Origin: Epithemia pelagica
Lineage: Eukaryota; Protista; Bacillariophyta
Assembly (NCBI GenBank): GCA_946965045.2
Contig: OX337231.1
Coordinates: 186,001-250,000 of the forward strand
DNA length: 64,000 nucleotides
Direction of reading: 5' to 3'
A program made the translations under genes and the position numbers. The notes under the pieces were generated by a model. It was given only the letters and a program-made list of their open reading frames with translations. It had not been told where the DNA came from and searched no databases. Below are positions 63,772 to 64,000 of the stretch, piece by piece. Each line of letters begins with the position of its first letter. Within the stretch, counting starts at the first letter, position 1.

Positions 63772-64000
63772 TGTTGGACCGGACGAAATAGTGATACTAT
63801 AACAGAATAGTGAGATACATTTGATGTGAATAGTGATATTTAAATATTTAGGACGCCCGCAATGGCCGCTTGACTATGAGGACCAATTGCTTTCGAGCAG
63901 TCACGGAGGTAGTGTTTGATCGAGTCTTCTTGCCATCTGAGTCTGAAGGCAATTTGGGGAAGGGGAACTTGAACGTTCCACAACGCTACAGCGGCTGTGA

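Larger units (their letters stand above)
61595..64000 (+). mobile_element. Probable end of a mobile element that continues past the window
   Basis: Identical structured repeats, G/A-rich ORFs unlike the neighbouring host genes, ATGA coupling, and a further frame open from ATG 63876 to the window edge. No catalytic domain is visible. Confidence 0.35.

Overview
Eukaryotic, intron-poor, gene-dense DNA with diatom-like features: long Ser/Thr/Asn/Gln-rich disordered regions, short GT-AG introns and a KxxK lysine-rich tail. A pennate diatom is my inference, not something I verified. (1) 1.1-24.7 kb: a head-to-tail array of four paralogous STAND/AAA_16-type NTPase plus helical-repeat genes. They resemble the NTPase-TPR core of bacterial Ser/Thr kinase-ATPase-histidine kinase hybrids but lack the kinase and GAF/HK modules. 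Copy 3 is a pseudogene and shares near-identical tracts with copy 4. (2) 25.8-47.7 kb: housekeeping or orphan genes. These are a secreted 2OG-Fe(II) oxygenase, a rhamnosyltransferase-like protein with an inserted domain, GPN3, a duplicated PTPLA/HACD-like membrane protein, two tandem receptor-like genes (solute-binding domain + one TM + EF-hand) and a ChrA chromate transporter with an 887-nt minisatellite intron. (3) 48.2-54.5 kb: a 6.3-kb TIR-bounded DNA transposon. It carries a decayed RAG1/Transib-like transposase and a convergent partner ORF, a ProtoRAG-like layout, but the partner looks BAH-like rather than RAG2-like. This is the most striking element in the window. (4) 55-61.4 kb: a cytochrome P450, a GT15-like glycosyltransferase and an orphan membrane protein. 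(5) 61.6-64 kb: a hairpin-rich 138-bp perfect direct repeat followed by two ATGA-coupled ORFs, probably the end of another mobile element. No rRNA, tRNA or CRISPR array was seen. All homology calls come from motifs recognised by eye; no database search was run.
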